Positions 47,278 through 55,837 of a stretch of DNA of 64,000 bases are shown here, piece after piece. The position numbers were made by a program, and so were the translations under genes. The notes under the pieces are model-generated. The model was not told the origin of the DNA and did no database searches. It was given only the letters and a program-made list of their open reading frames with translations. The stretch lies in assembly GCA_038065475.1 (NCBI GenBank), contig JBBTQY010000015.1, forward strand, positions 6,608 through 70,607, read 5' to 3'. Position 1 is the stretch's first letter, and each line of letters begins with the position of its first letter. The DNA is from Patescibacteria group bacterium. Its GTDB lineage: Bacteria; Patescibacteriota; Minisyncoccia; Ryanbacterales; GWA2-47-10b.

Positions 47278-47940
47278 TTATTTATCTTTGTTATGGCCTT
47301 TCTTATCTTCGGCAAAAACTTCGCCCTTATAAAGCCAGACCTTGATACCAATCGTGCCGTAGGGCAAGATTGCACGCTCGCGAGCGAACTCTACGTCTGC
47401 ACGCATGGTCTGAAGCGGGATCAATCCGTCGCGAAGCCACTCGACGCGACCCATCTCAGAACCATCAAGACGGCCCGATACCTGGATGCGAATACCCTTG
47501 GCGGCACCCGAGGTCATCACCTTTTGAATGTTGATCTTGAGGGTGCGGCGAAACGGCAAGCGCTTTTCGAGATCTTGTGCAACGAGACGCGCGACGGAGG
47601 CCGCATCACCAAACGGATTGCGAACTTCTTCGATCGTGATGCGAAGATCTTTGATAGCAAACTTTTTGTGAATGTCTTTTTTGAGACGCTCAATCCCCTC
47701 GCCACCGCGGCCAATCAAAAGACCTGGGCGAGGTGTGCGAACGATCACCTGCATGGTGTTACGTGAACGCTCAATCTCGATACCTGAGATCATTTGGGTG
47801 CGAAGTTTTTTCATCAACCACTCGCGGAGGGTGACGTCTTCTTTGAGAAACTTCGTGTATTGTTTCGTATTAAACCAGCGTGAGCGCCAGTCACGAAGGA
47901 TACCGATTCTATGTGCGTATGGATGTACTGAATGTCCCAT
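47278..47940 (-). CDS. rpsC: 30S ribosomal protein S3
   Basis: [23 protein letters not shown]... The start was chosen at MGHSV (47940), adjacent to the rplV stop codon. Confidence 0.9.
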   Translation of the reverse strand: MGHSVHPYAHRIGILRDWRSRWFNTKQYTKFLKEDVTLREWLMKKLRTQMISGIEIERSRNTMQVIVRTPRPGLLIGRGGEGIERLKKDIHKKFAIKDLRITIEEVRNPFGDAASVARLVAQDLEKRLPFRRTLKINIQKVMTSGAAKGIRIQVSGRLDGSEMGRVEWLRDGLIPLQTMRADVEFARERAILPYGTIGIKVWLYKGEVFAEDKKGHNKDK

Positions 47941-47941
47941 A

Positions 47942-48304
47942 TTATTTTTTACCTCCTGACACTGGCTCTTGAGCCTCAAGTGTTAATGAAATATGACTCG
48001 TGCGCTTGCGGATAGGAAAAGCTCGGCCTCGCGCGCGTGGCATTGAACGCTTGAGCGTACGGCCCTCATCGACTCGAAAATCAGAGATGACAAGCGGCGT
48101 TGACTCAGCCACCTTAGCATTGTGACGGGCATTGGCAACCGCGCTGCGGATCAATTTTAAAATTGGCTCTGCACCGCGCTTAGGAAGAGTCCTGAGCTGA
48201 ACCTCGGCTGCACGCACCTCCATGCCTTTTACCATATCAGTAACCAAGCGCACCTTGCGGGGTGCGATACGAAGCGAATTGAGATATGCGTGAACTTTGG
48301 TCAT
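47942..48304 (-). CDS. rplV: 50S ribosomal protein L22
   Basis: Canonical L22 sequence. Confidence 0.9.
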   Translation of the reverse strand: MTKVHAYLNSLRIAPRKVRLVTDMVKGMEVRAAEVQLRTLPKRGAEPILKLIRSAVANARHNAKVAESTPLVISDFRVDEGRTLKRSMPRARGRAFPIRKRTSHISLTLEAQEPVSGGKK

Positions 48305-48309
48305 AAAAA

Positions 48310-48648
48310 TTATTTACCGGTACCAGCCTTGGCAGCTTTAGCAGCTTCCTGTTCTTTGACCTTTGCGGCCGCCTCGATTTCTTTCTGCATTTTACCGCCG
48401 TGACGGGTAAACTTGCGCGTGGGGCTAAACTCGCCCAAGCGGTGACCGACCATTTCTTCAGCGATTGTGACATTGATAAAATCTCTGCCGTTGTGCACGC
48501 CAAACGTATACCCGATCATCTCAGGAGAAATTTGCGAAGCACGCGACCACGTCTTGATAGCCGTCGTCTTTGCATTTGCTGGAAGCTTTTTGATTTTGAT
48601 CAAAAGCTTTGGGTCAATATAGGGTCCTTTTTTAATTGATCGTGACAT
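48310..48648 (-). CDS. rpsS: 30S ribosomal protein S19 (with a Lys/Ala-rich C-terminal tail)
   Basis: [16 protein letters not shown]... is the canonical S19 sequence. Confidence 0.9.
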   Translation of the reverse strand: MSRSIKKGPYIDPKLLIKIKKLPANAKTTAIKTWSRASQISPEMIGYTFGVHNGRDFINVTIAEEMVGHRLGEFSPTRKFTRHGGKMQKEIEAAAKVKEQEAAKAAKAGTGK

Positions 48649-48657
48649 AGTATCAGA

Positions 48658-49506
48658 TTAACCGTTTTGTTTGGTTGGGCGACGCTTAACAATAAACTGC
48701 TGCGAGTATTTTTTCTTGTTGCGAGTTTTGACACCACGCGTACCCTTACCCCACATGTTCTTGGGGCGACGTGTACCCTGTGGCTGCACACCTTCACCAC
48801 CACCGTATGGGTGATCGACAGGGTTCATAGCAGTACCACGAACAGTCGGGCGAATACCGAGCCAACGCGAGCGACCTGCCTTGCCGATAGTGACAAACAT
48901 ATGCTCTTCGTTGGAAAGCATGCCGACAGTGCCCCATGCCGCAGAATTGACCTTGCGCACTTCTTTTGAAGGCATCTTGAGAGTCGTGATGCGACCTTCT
49001 TGTGCGACAACCTCAGCTGACGAACCAGCAGAGCGGATCATGCGGCCACCGCCACCCGGTTTGAACTCAATATTGTAAACATAGGTACCTGGCACCATGC
49101 GTGAAAGCATCGTGGCATTGCCTGGTTTTACCGGAGCCTTTTCAGAGTACAAAATGACAGAATCTTTTTTCATCTCACGGCCGGCAAGCACATAGCGCTT
49201 CTCACCATCAGGATAGATAACGAGCGCGATAAATGCCGTACGGTTTGGATCGTATTCGATAGATGCAACGCGGCCTGGGATATCACGCTTGTCATACGTA
49301 AAAGAGACAAGACGATACACACGCTTGTGACCACCACCCTTGTGGCGCACCGTGATGCGACCTGCGCTGTTGCGGCCTACGTGGCGCTTACGTCCGCGGG
49401 TCAAGCTTTTTTCTGGTTTGACTCCGTGCGTCAAAACTTCCCGGTAGTTGATACCGGTCATGTGTCTGCGTGATGGAGTTGTAGGTGCGTATGATTTCAT
49501 AACCAA
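48658..49506 (-). CDS. rplB: 50S ribosomal protein L2
   Basis: Canonical L2 sequence (...HKGGGHKR...GTAMNPVDHPYGGGEG). Confidence 0.9.
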   Translation of the reverse strand: MVMKSYAPTTPSRRHMTGINYREVLTHGVKPEKSLTRGRKRHVGRNSAGRITVRHKGGGHKRVYRLVSFTYDKRDIPGRVASIEYDPNRTAFIALVIYPDGEKRYVLAGREMKKDSVILYSEKAPVKPGNATMLSRMVPGTYVYNIEFKPGGGGRMIRSAGSSAEVVAQEGRITTLKMPSKEVRKVNSAAWGTVGMLSNEEHMFVTIGKAGRSRWLGIRPTVRGTAMNPVDHPYGGGEGVQPQGTRRPKNMWGKGTRGVKTRNKKKYSQQFIVKRRPTKQNG

Positions 49507-49926
49507 TTAAAAAATATCGATGGTCTCCCCATGACGGAGAGCCACCACCGCCTTTTTATACCCTCTTTTAACACCTTCCGTCAATCCACGGCGGCGTTTT
49601 TTCTCGCGGGCAGCAACAATCTGGACATGCTCAACGTGCACTTTGTATGCGCGCTCAACTGCCTTACGAACAGCTTGTTTGTTTGCCGTCACCGCAATGC
49701 GAAATACATACTGACCAATCTCTGAGAGCTGGCGGGCGCGCTCGGTCACGTGAGGTGCGATGAGTACCGCGCGCTCTACCCCCTCAAAGCGAGTCAAGGC
49801 CTTTGACTCTTTGTGGTCATGATCGTGATCATGGTCTTTGTGATCGTGGGTAGCCGTCTTTGCTACTTTCTTGCCAGAGCGTTTTTGTTCTTTTTCTTTA
49901 TTTTTTAAAAATGGAAGAAGTGCCAT
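49507..49926 (-). CDS. rplW: 50S ribosomal protein L23, with an N-terminal extension containing an HDHDHDHDHK repeat
   Basis: The C-terminal two-thirds is L23-like. The N-terminal roughly 45 aa is Lys-rich and contains TATHDHKDHDHDHDHKESK. Confidence 0.8.
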   Translation of the reverse strand: MALLPFLKNKEKEQKRSGKKVAKTATHDHKDHDHDHDHKESKALTRFEGVERAVLIAPHVTERARQLSEIGQYVFRIAVTANKQAVRKAVERAYKVHVEHVQIVAAREKKRRRGLTEGVKRGYKKAVVALRHGETIDIF

Positions 49927-49935
49927 ATGAGTTGA

Positions 49936-50580
49936 TTAGCGAGCAATAGTTGCCACCGCGTCTTTGGTAAATACCAAATACTTTGGCAAAAGCGCTTCTT
50001 CGACGTTGATGTTGCGCGCCTCCATGATTTCTACATATGGCAAGTTGCGAAACGCACGAATGGTTTCGGGTTGCGACTTTGCCGTCAAGATAAGCGTACG
50101 ACCACCCTTTGCGCCAAATGCAGCAAAGCCAGTAGTCTTACCGAATGATTTGAGGAAAGTTGCCGCCTCTTTGGTTTTTGGTTTTTCGGTTGCAAGAGTG
50201 TCGATGAAAATAATCTCACCATCTTTGAGTTTGCGTGAGAGCGCTGCCGCAAGCGCTTTTCTGCGTGCTTTTTTGTTTATTTTGGTCGTAAAATTTTTGT
50301 CCTTTGATGGACCATGAGTCACACCACCACCAACCCAGAGGGGCGAGCGAGTTGAACCGTGTCGTGCGCGACCGGTACCCTTTTGGCGCCAAGGCTTTTT
50401 ACCACCACCGCGAACATCGCCACGATCTTTGACGTGAGCGATTGCCTTGCGGCGATTTGCCTGAATCTGAACGACAGTTTCTTGTACAAGTGTAGGGCTC
50501 CAGCGAACGGCAAAAAGAGCATCAGAGAGAGTAACTTTGCCTACCGTATCGCCTTTTTGATTGTAGAGTGGAGCTTCCAT
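49936..50580 (-). CDS. rplD: 50S ribosomal protein L4
   Basis: Canonical L4 sequence. Confidence 0.9.
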   Translation of the reverse strand: MEAPLYNQKGDTVGKVTLSDALFAVRWSPTLVQETVVQIQANRRKAIAHVKDRGDVRGGGKKPWRQKGTGRARHGSTRSPLWVGGGVTHGPSKDKNFTTKINKKARRKALAAALSRKLKDGEIIFIDTLATEKPKTKEAATFLKSFGKTTGFAAFGAKGGRTLILTAKSQPETIRAFRNLPYVEIMEARNINVEEALLPKYLVFTKDAVATIAR

Positions 50581-50586
50581 GATAGT

Positions 50587-51129
50587 TTATGCAGAAATTT
50601 CCAAAAGTGTGCCGCGTGCACCGGGTACTGCACCGCGTACGTACAAAAGATTCTTCTCGGCATCGACTTTGGCGACACGCAAACCCTCAACCGTAACGCG
50701 TGTACCACCCATACGGCCACCCATACGAGTACCCTTGAGTACGCGCTGAGGCCATACCGCACCGATCGAGCCTGGCTCACGATGAGCGTGCTTTACACCG
50801 TGGGTCTTGGGTGCACCTTTAAAGCCGTGGCGCTTGACCACACCCTGAAAACCGCGGCCCTTCATGGTGCCTGATACCTTAACCAGATCTCCTTCGGCAA
50901 ACACCGAAACATCGATTTTTGCACCCTTTTCAAATGAATCTTCGGTGCGAAATTCCTTACGGGTCTTGCCGAATGCGACCTGGACTGCCTCATAGCCATC
51001 CTTTTCCTTGCCCTTTACCTGTGAGACCTCGACGGGACCAGCCTGAATGACGGTCACAGGGATTACCGTGCCGTCGTCTTGAAATATTTGGCTCATTTCG
51101 AGCTTTTTGCCGAGGATGAATTTTTTCAT
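50587..51129 (-). CDS. rplC: 50S ribosomal protein L3
   Basis: Canonical L3 sequence. rpsJ is not directly upstream; a 5.4-kb insert separates them. Confidence 0.9.
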   Translation of the reverse strand: MKKFILGKKLEMSQIFQDDGTVIPVTVIQAGPVEVSQVKGKEKDGYEAVQVAFGKTRKEFRTEDSFEKGAKIDVSVFAEGDLVKVSGTMKGRGFQGVVKRHGFKGAPKTHGVKHAHREPGSIGAVWPQRVLKGTRMGGRMGGTRVTVEGLRVAKVDAEKNLLYVRGAVPGARGTLLEISA

Positions 51130-51296
51130 AGACCCCGCTTATTGGAGCTGCTCCCTTTGGGTAATAAAACACCCCGCACGGCGGGGCTAGGCCTTACCGT
51201 TACTATCTGGGGGGAAATCACCCGAGAAACATGACCCCTTTGTAGCACAACGAAAAAGAGCTGTCTAGAGGGAAGATCAAGGCACCAAAAAAAGAA

Positions 51297-51325
51297 TTGA
51301 CAATAAGCATTTACTGGTTTATTAT
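51297..51325 (+). promoter_or_regulatory. Near-consensus sigma70-type promoter for pseudo-receiver module 1
   Basis: TTGACA (51297-51302), a 17-nt spacer, then TATTAT (51320-51325). A GGAAGGAGGG RBS follows, then the ATG at 51346. Confidence 0.45.
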
Positions 51326-51345
51326 AGGCACCGGAAGGAGGGTTG

Positions 51346-51759
51346 ATGACCCAACATGAAAAGAAGGCGGTTCTCATCGTCAATGGAGACCAGGAAAGCC
51401 GGCGCCTTTTGCGCTTCCGTTTGGAGCGAGCTGGCTACCGCGCAGTCATGACAACCAAGGGCAGTATTGCGCTCGACGTGATCATGGATGGCGGTAAGCC
51501 CGACCTCATCGTCACGGAGCTCGTGCTCCCTGGACTTGACGGCTTCGGCCTGATCGAAGGCGTGCGTAGACAACACACGCTCCAAGACCTGCCGATCATC
51601 GTGCTCACCGCACAGACTCTGGGCGGTGTGCGTGAGCGGGCGCTCGCGGCGGGTGCCAACGAGTTCTTCACCATCCCACTCGAGGAGCCTCTGGCTCTCA
51701 CGGCGGCCATTCGGCGACTTCTCGAAGCCGTGCCCGCCCGGCACACCCAGCTCGGATAG
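51346..51759 (+). CDS. Stand-alone receiver-domain protein in which Glu replaces the phospho-acceptor Asp (atypical / pseudo-receiver)
   Basis: A CheY-like fold is indicated by ...AVLIVNGDQESRRLL...DLIVTELVLPGLDG...IIVLTAQ...K at about +50 aa. The canonical LLDxxMPxxDG is replaced by VTELVLPGLDG, and the acidic pair DD is replaced by NGD. The sequence is GC-rich. Confidence 0.55.
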   Translation: MTQHEKKAVLIVNGDQESRRLLRFRLERAGYRAVMTTKGSIALDVIMDGGKPDLIVTELVLPGLDGFGLIEGVRRQHTLQDLPIIVLTAQTLGGVRERALAAGANEFFTIPLEEPLALTAAIRRLLEAVPARHTQLG

Positions 51760-51785
51760 AGCCTCCGAGCAGAGAGGAGGGGGAA

Positions 51786-51983
51786 ATGCCTGGAGAAAGA
51801 GTTCTCGTCATCACAACCAATCTGAGCCCGCTCGAGAGCGTGCTCCAGGGACTGGGCATGATCCGAGAAGCCCGTGAGGAGTTCCTTGGCACGACCATCG
51901 TGGTGTACGGCGCGCTGGACGCGTCGCCACCAACGGAGTTCGTGCCGCTCCACCGTACACTCGAGAAGCTTCCCAACTCGTAA
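51786..51983 (+). CDS. Small hypothetical protein (65 aa), partner of pseudo-receiver 1
   Basis: An AGAGGAGGGGG RBS precedes the ATG. Its N-terminus MPGERVLVITT resembles that of the 52147 ORF (KTGERITVMT). Confidence 0.4.
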   Translation: MPGERVLVITTNLSPLESVLQGLGMIREAREEFLGTTIVVYGALDASPPTEFVPLHRTLEKLPNS

Positions 51984-52003
51984 CAAGCGCCCACGCGCGC
52001 AAC

Positions 52004-52037
52004 CCCGGTCACCAACATCAACGGTGACCGGTTTTTT
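52004..52037 (+). terminator. Rho-independent terminator
   Basis: ccggtcacc-aacatcaac-ggtgaccgg followed by TTTTTTTAT. Confidence 0.55.
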
Positions 52038-52039
52038 TA

Positions 52040-52068
52040 TTGACATTTTATAAGAAATAGTATATAAA
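52040..52068 (+). promoter_or_regulatory. Near-consensus sigma70-type promoter for module 2
   Basis: TTGACA (52040-52045), a 17-nt spacer, then TATAAA (52063-52068). It lies immediately after the module-1 terminator. Confidence 0.45.
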
Positions 52069-52146
52069 AAGCCTAGATTTCTTCCCTATCCCCTGCGGCT
52101 GCGGCCCAGGGCTTCCCCTTTACCAAAAGGGCTATCGGAGGACACG

Positions 52147-52524
52147 ATGCGAGTAACCTTGAAAACGGGCGAGAGAATCACGGTCATGACACCGGACGAC
52201 GACACAGAAGCCGGTCGTCTGGCCTACAATCTTCTCTTTACCCTGCTCGCCCTTCTCGCGTCAGAGACGCCGCGAGACATCAAGCTGAAGTTCCAATTCA
52301 CTGGCAAGAACTCAGCTACGATCGCTCTGTTCATCGACGACAAGCTGCGCGAGAATATTCCGTGCATCAACTTCAACCTGGGGCGCTCGGTGGGTCGCGC
52401 ACGCGCCGTCGACCTGATACGCTTCCGTCTCGGTGGGCTCGTCTGCGCGCTGACCGGCGGCAAGTTCGCACTACTCGACGACATCAACGCGGGCTCGACG
52501 ATCCACCTTGCCCGCCTTCTCTGA
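52147..52524 (+). CDS. Hypothetical protein (125 aa) whose N-terminal motif is related to the 65-aa ORF
   Basis: A GGAGGA RBS lies 4 nt upstream. It begins MRVTLKTGERITVMTPDDD..., and no family was recognised. Confidence 0.4.
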   Translation: MRVTLKTGERITVMTPDDDTEAGRLAYNLLFTLLALLASETPRDIKLKFQFTGKNSATIALFIDDKLRENIPCINFNLGRSVGRARAVDLIRFRLGGLVCALTGGKFALLDDINAGSTIHLARLL

Positions 52525-52538
52525 CGAGAGGAAATAAC

Positions 52539-52910
52539 ATGCCAAACAGCAAAACCGTACTACTCGCAGATACACGAAGCTACCGGATGGAATGGGAAGC
52601 GCTCATCGGATATCAGGTCGGGACACACTCAATTCGTTTCCATGAAGCTTGGAGTGTATTGAGCGCGGTCGCGGCCACACAGCGTGAGTGTCCAAACCTC
52701 ATCATCACCGAGCTGCTCGGTGCCGAGCATGGATGCTGGATGATCCGTGAACTGCGCCGCATCGCGCCCGACTCCCGCATCATCGTGGTGTCGGCGAACA
52801 ATACAGACAGGATCGCCGACGCAATCCATGCGGGAGCAGTCGAATACTTCACCAAGCCCCTCGACTACGACAGGTTCATCGGCACCGTGCGGCGATACCT
52901 CGAGCTCTAG
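52539..52910 (+). CDS. Second stand-alone atypical receiver-domain protein (Glu at the phospho-acceptor position)
   Basis: It contains KTVLLADTRSY...NLIITELLGAEHGCW...RIIVVSANN...K, with the same TEL substitution as the 51346 protein. A GAGAGGA RBS is present; the start was chosen at MPNSK. Confidence 0.5.
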   Translation: MPNSKTVLLADTRSYRMEWEALIGYQVGTHSIRFHEAWSVLSAVAATQRECPNLIITELLGAEHGCWMIRELRRIAPDSRIIVVSANNTDRIADAIHAGAVEYFTKPLDYDRFIGTVRRYLEL

Positions 52911-52934
52911 GCGCACACACGCCACCAACGCCAC

Positions 52935-52978
52935 GAGGCGCTTCTGGAAGCATTCCGGAAGCGCCTCTTTTCTTTTTT
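52935..52978 (+). terminator. Rho-independent terminator after module 2
   Basis: A 10-bp stem gaggcgcttc...gaagcgcctc followed by TTTTCTTTTTT. Confidence 0.55.
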
Positions 52979-53024
52979 GTACGGCTTGACCGCTAGGATA
53001 AAATGGTTTACTCTCTGGGCTAAA

Positions 53025-53099
53025 GCTGGCGGAGCGAACGCGCCGAAGTTGGGGAACTCTCCCACCCTGATAACGGACGCCCTTGTTCGCTCCGCCAGC
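53025..53099. ncRNA. Candidate structured RNA or cis-element: a 15-bp perfect inverted repeat enclosing a 45-nt loop that has internal hairpins
   Basis: gctggcggagcgaac (53025-39) and gttcgctccgccagc (53085-99). The loop contains the gggaactctccc hairpin. It lies in intergenic sequence between the module-2 terminator and a convergent gene terminator (53151-53176). Confidence 0.2.
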
Positions 53100-53193
53100 C
53101 CATCGAAGCACTTTCGACCATCCCCTGCAGCCAGAGACGGCATCACAAAAAAACCACACCATCCACGGTGTGGTTTCGTCATTTTATACAGAG

Positions 53194-53523
53194 TTAAGCG
53201 CGCGAAACTTTAATATATCGGTAAATCGAGCGCACGATACTAATAAGACCCGCGCCCAGAAGAATAGGAAGAGCAACGAGTCCCGCGGAGCATCGCCAAT
53301 CTTCTCCCTGTACACCAAAGCAAGCAGCGAAAGTTATAAAAAAGATAAATGCTGCGGGAATGCCAGCGATAAGAGCTACCTCCACAATGTGCAAAAGCAA
53401 AGAAAAAATATTCACTATTTTACGGCGAGGCAAAAAGAATATGAGTACTAACACAAGTAAAAACGCGCAGAGTATTACTATCTCTGGATAAAAGAAAAAT
53501 AATTCTGCGATATCTCGTAACAT
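53194..53523 (-). CDS. Hypothetical small membrane protein
   Basis: A 109-aa ORF with 3 hydrophobic helices. A terminator hairpin aaaccacacc...ggtgtggttt lies downstream on the minus strand. Confidence 0.4.
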   Translation of the reverse strand: MLRDIAELFFFYPEIVILCAFLLVLVLIFFLPRRKIVNIFSLLLHIVEVALIAGIPAAFIFFITFAACFGVQGEDWRCSAGLVALPILLGAGLISIVRSIYRYIKVSRA

Positions 53524-53540
53524 ATTTTTATATTAATCTC

Positions 53541-53993
53541 TTAAAAAACTTTTTTGCCGTGCGCGTTCCAGTACATCCAGAGATGTACTGCGGCAACGAT
53601 GTACAAGATAGCGGTCACCGTAAAGACAAACCCGCCCCATGCGATGCGCATTCCAATATTGTTGCCGATGATTGGTACAAGACCAAGGTTAATACCCGAC
53701 ACCACGCTGACAAAAAACATAACAGTATCACGCATATCTTTTTTACCAAACACTTTCTGCCCGCCTGTATACCAGCGCCAGCCGAGATATGCTGATGCCG
53801 CGCCCGAGACGAGCCACGAGAGTGTGAGGATGGTGCCTACCAGTCCATAAAAAACTGAAGAGCCAAGCAGCCAATAGAGTGGCGGCGTGCCGCCTAACAG
53901 TAATGCAAATGCGGCGATAACTAACCGCGCCTCTGACCAGAGAAAAGAATACTTTTCCAAATTCTCCGGCTTTGTAAATTCTTGTGTGGTCAT
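53541..53993 (-). CDS. Hypothetical membrane protein. It is the intact copy of the gene whose 5' end is repeated twice nearby.
   Basis: A 150-aa ORF with 4 transmembrane helices. Its N-terminus MTTQEFTKPENLEKYSFLWSEAR recurs in truncated form at 55024-55101 and 55838-55900. Confidence 0.5.
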   Translation of the reverse strand: MTTQEFTKPENLEKYSFLWSEARLVIAAFALLLGGTPPLYWLLGSSVFYGLVGTILTLSWLVSGAASAYLGWRWYTGGQKVFGKKDMRDTVMFFVSVVSGINLGLVPIIGNNIGMRIAWGGFVFTVTAILYIVAAVHLWMYWNAHGKKVF

Positions 53994-54112
53994 ATATGCA
54001 TGAGATTACTGATATCGTCTTTAGTATATCACCTTAAGTTACCAACAAGCATCAACCTCTATGCACAGAACAATACTAGCGCCTAAGAACCAAAACTCCT
54101 TATAATAAACTT

Positions 54113-54421
54113 ATGACTTACTGGCAAAGATTAGCGCGTAGTACTTCTGCCTTTGGTTTACTCTGGTTATTTGTGTTTCTATCAGATGTGCTAGGACAAG
54201 TAAAAAGCTTTGTGCCTCAAAAAGCTTATGTCCCGCAAGAAGCTCTTCTGAAAAACATACAAGAAACTTGGTTTGCCGGTTTAGTAGGTACCTTTCTCAC
54301 AATAATACTGTTCTCACTTTTTATTCGCTCAGAAAAAATCTATACCGCGCAATCTACAGGATCAATAATTGGTTTCCTTTTTGCGACTGTACTTGTAATA
54401 AGCTGGAAACTATTTTCCTAA
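54113..54421 (+). CDS. Hypothetical membrane protein
   Basis: A 102-aa ORF with 3 transmembrane helices. A terminator follows (aaaaccgcccaagggcggtttttgg, 54437-54462). Confidence 0.35.
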   Translation: MTYWQRLARSTSAFGLLWLFVFLSDVLGQVKSFVPQKAYVPQEALLKNIQETWFAGLVGTFLTIILFSLFIRSEKIYTAQSTGSIIGFLFATVLVISWKLFS

Positions 54422-54515
54422 GAGTATTTTCGATCAACCAAAAACCGCCCAAGGGCGGTTTTTGGTTGGACAGGATCCTTTGACTACATCTTTACTTCGA
54501 CATCAACACCGCAAA

Positions 54516-54755
54516 TTATTTTAATTGAACAACCTTGGCCTTGGAACCAAGAAAATGTTCCAGTTTACCCTTACCTTCGCGAAAAGTATCAAAGCTGAAA
54601 CCGTGAATATCGATACGTACCGGATTGCCCTTTTTATCAACATCAATAACCACGTTGCCCCTGATATCAGAATCAACGCTTTTGCCTTTACCTACGGCAA
54701 GGGAAAGTACCTCGCTGCCGCGGTCGTATGAAATTTTTCTTTGTTGTTTGCTCAT
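54516..54755 (-). CDS. DUF2283-family protein (putative antitoxin-like partner)
   Basis: A 79-aa ORF with KISYDRGSEVLSLAVGKGKSV...GNVVIDVDKKGNPVRIDIHGFS, which matches the DUF2283 pattern (ISYD.E.D.LYI.....GN.VGIEIL.AS). Confidence 0.55.
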   Translation of the reverse strand: MSKQQRKISYDRGSEVLSLAVGKGKSVDSDIRGNVVIDVDKKGNPVRIDIHGFSFDTFREGKGKLEHFLGSKAKVVQLK

Positions 54756-55000
54756 AAATATTTCTTGATTTTAGATGTTTCTATAACTGTAATAACACGC
54801 AGTGTATCTTTTACTTTTTCACCAATAACTATCAACAGTCTCGGTATATGCCGCTTTTTATACAGCTTTTTAAACATCAATCTACCTCTTGCATCATATA
54901 ATATTTTTGTTGGATTTACCAATGCTTCCTCAATGAGTGCTACGGAAATAGATCTCTCCTGCATCCGTAATTTTGCGTGAGGAGATAAAGTATATTTCAT
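54752..55000 (-). CDS. DUF4258-family protein (putative toxin-like partner)
   Basis: An 82-aa ORF with MKYTLSPHAKLRMQERSISVALIEEAL.NP.KI..D.....F...........VIGEKV.DTLRVITV, which matches DUF4258. It overlaps the DUF2283 gene by 4 nt. Confidence 0.55.
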   Translation of the reverse strand: MKYTLSPHAKLRMQERSISVALIEEALVNPTKILYDARGRLMFKKLYKKRHIPRLLIVIGEKVKDTLRVITVIETSKIKKYL

Positions 55001-55023
55001 GGATACATACTATCACAGACATA

Positions 55024-55101
55024 TTACACCCACCGCGCCTCTGACCAGAGAAAAGAATACTTTTCCAAATTCTCCAGCTTCATAAATTCATTTGTGGTCA
55101 T
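55024..55101 (-). pseudogene. Truncated duplicate (copy B) of the 5' end of gene 53541..53993
   Basis: It reads atgaccacaaatgaatttatgaagctggagaatttggaaaagtattcttttctctggtcagaggcgcggtgggtgtaa (MTTNEFMKLENLEKYSFLWSEARWV*). About 70 nt are near-identical to 53924-53993. It abuts the start of the DUF4258 gene. Confidence 0.5.
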
Positions 55102-55106
55102 AGGAT

Positions 55107-55499
55107 TTAAGAACTAAAATATTTAATAATTAAGGAAAAACCGACAAAGACTAAAACAAAAAAAATAAATATGATGTACCGAGGGAGCTCCCCTTTCTCT
55201 TGAGGACGCTTTGCCCCAACTAAATCTTTGGCCGTACCAATAGCAATTCCAGCGGGCATGCTCCCCAAACCATATGACTGTGTATCTTTACCAGTCAAAC
55301 CGGTAAGTTTTCGATATCGATACCATTTTGCATATCCAACTAATAACGTTCCTATAAAGAATGTTGGCCATAGCATTATCCAGAGATTTTCATTCATATC
55401 GGGAAATGCCGCTGTCAAAAAACCCATCGCAACAAAAGTTACAACAAATGCAAGAAGGTAGTAAGTGTAAAGCGTGAATGGTTTCCTGGGGGACTCCAT
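55107..55499 (-). CDS. Hypothetical membrane protein
   Basis: A 130-aa ORF with 4 transmembrane helices. The start was chosen at MESPRKPF; the longest ORF extends into GC-rich upstream sequence that is probably non-coding. Confidence 0.35.
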   Translation of the reverse strand: MESPRKPFTLYTYYLLAFVVTFVAMGFLTAAFPDMNENLWIMLWPTFFIGTLLVGYAKWYRYRKLTGLTGKDTQSYGLGSMPAGIAIGTAKDLVGAKRPQEKGELPRYIIFIFFVLVFVGFSLIIKYFSS

Positions 55500-55548
55500 A
55501 TTTTCAGTATACCATCCGAAATAAAAAACCGCCCGAGGGGGCGGGGTG

Positions 55549-55803
55549 TCACTTGATCGTGTAGTAGGGCACGCCCCTGACCACGTGTCTCTCAGCAGTA
55601 TGTCCGCCGATACCCAGAAGCAACCCGATGAGGGTCTCGCCATCAGCAGGTATGAGCCTGCCCGAAAAGTTGATTGACATGACCTTCTCAGGATCGGTCC
55701 GCGCTGAGGGCGGAGGACCACTACTACTGCCGGCCCTGACCCGATAGATCTTGAATGTGCGCGGGGGCTCAAACGAAATTACATCGCCACTATTCAACCT
55801 CAC
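55549..55803 (-). CDS. Small GC-rich hypothetical protein (GTG start)
   Basis: An AGGAGG RBS lies 6 nt upstream of the GTG at 55803. The GC content is atypical for the AT-rich neighbourhood. No family was recognised. Confidence 0.3.
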   Translation of the reverse strand: MRLNSGDVISFEPPRTFKIYRVRAGSSSGPPPSARTDPEKVMSINFSGRLIPADGETLIGLLLGIGGHTAERHVVRGVPYYTIK

Positions 55804-55837
55804 AAGCCACCTCCTTTCTGGCACAGGCTAGCACAAA

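Noticed and set aside
53151-53176. Hairpin aaaccacacc-atccac-ggtgtggttt considered as part of the candidate ncRNA
   Set aside because: On the minus strand it is followed by a U7 run, so it is best explained as the terminator of gene 53194..53523.
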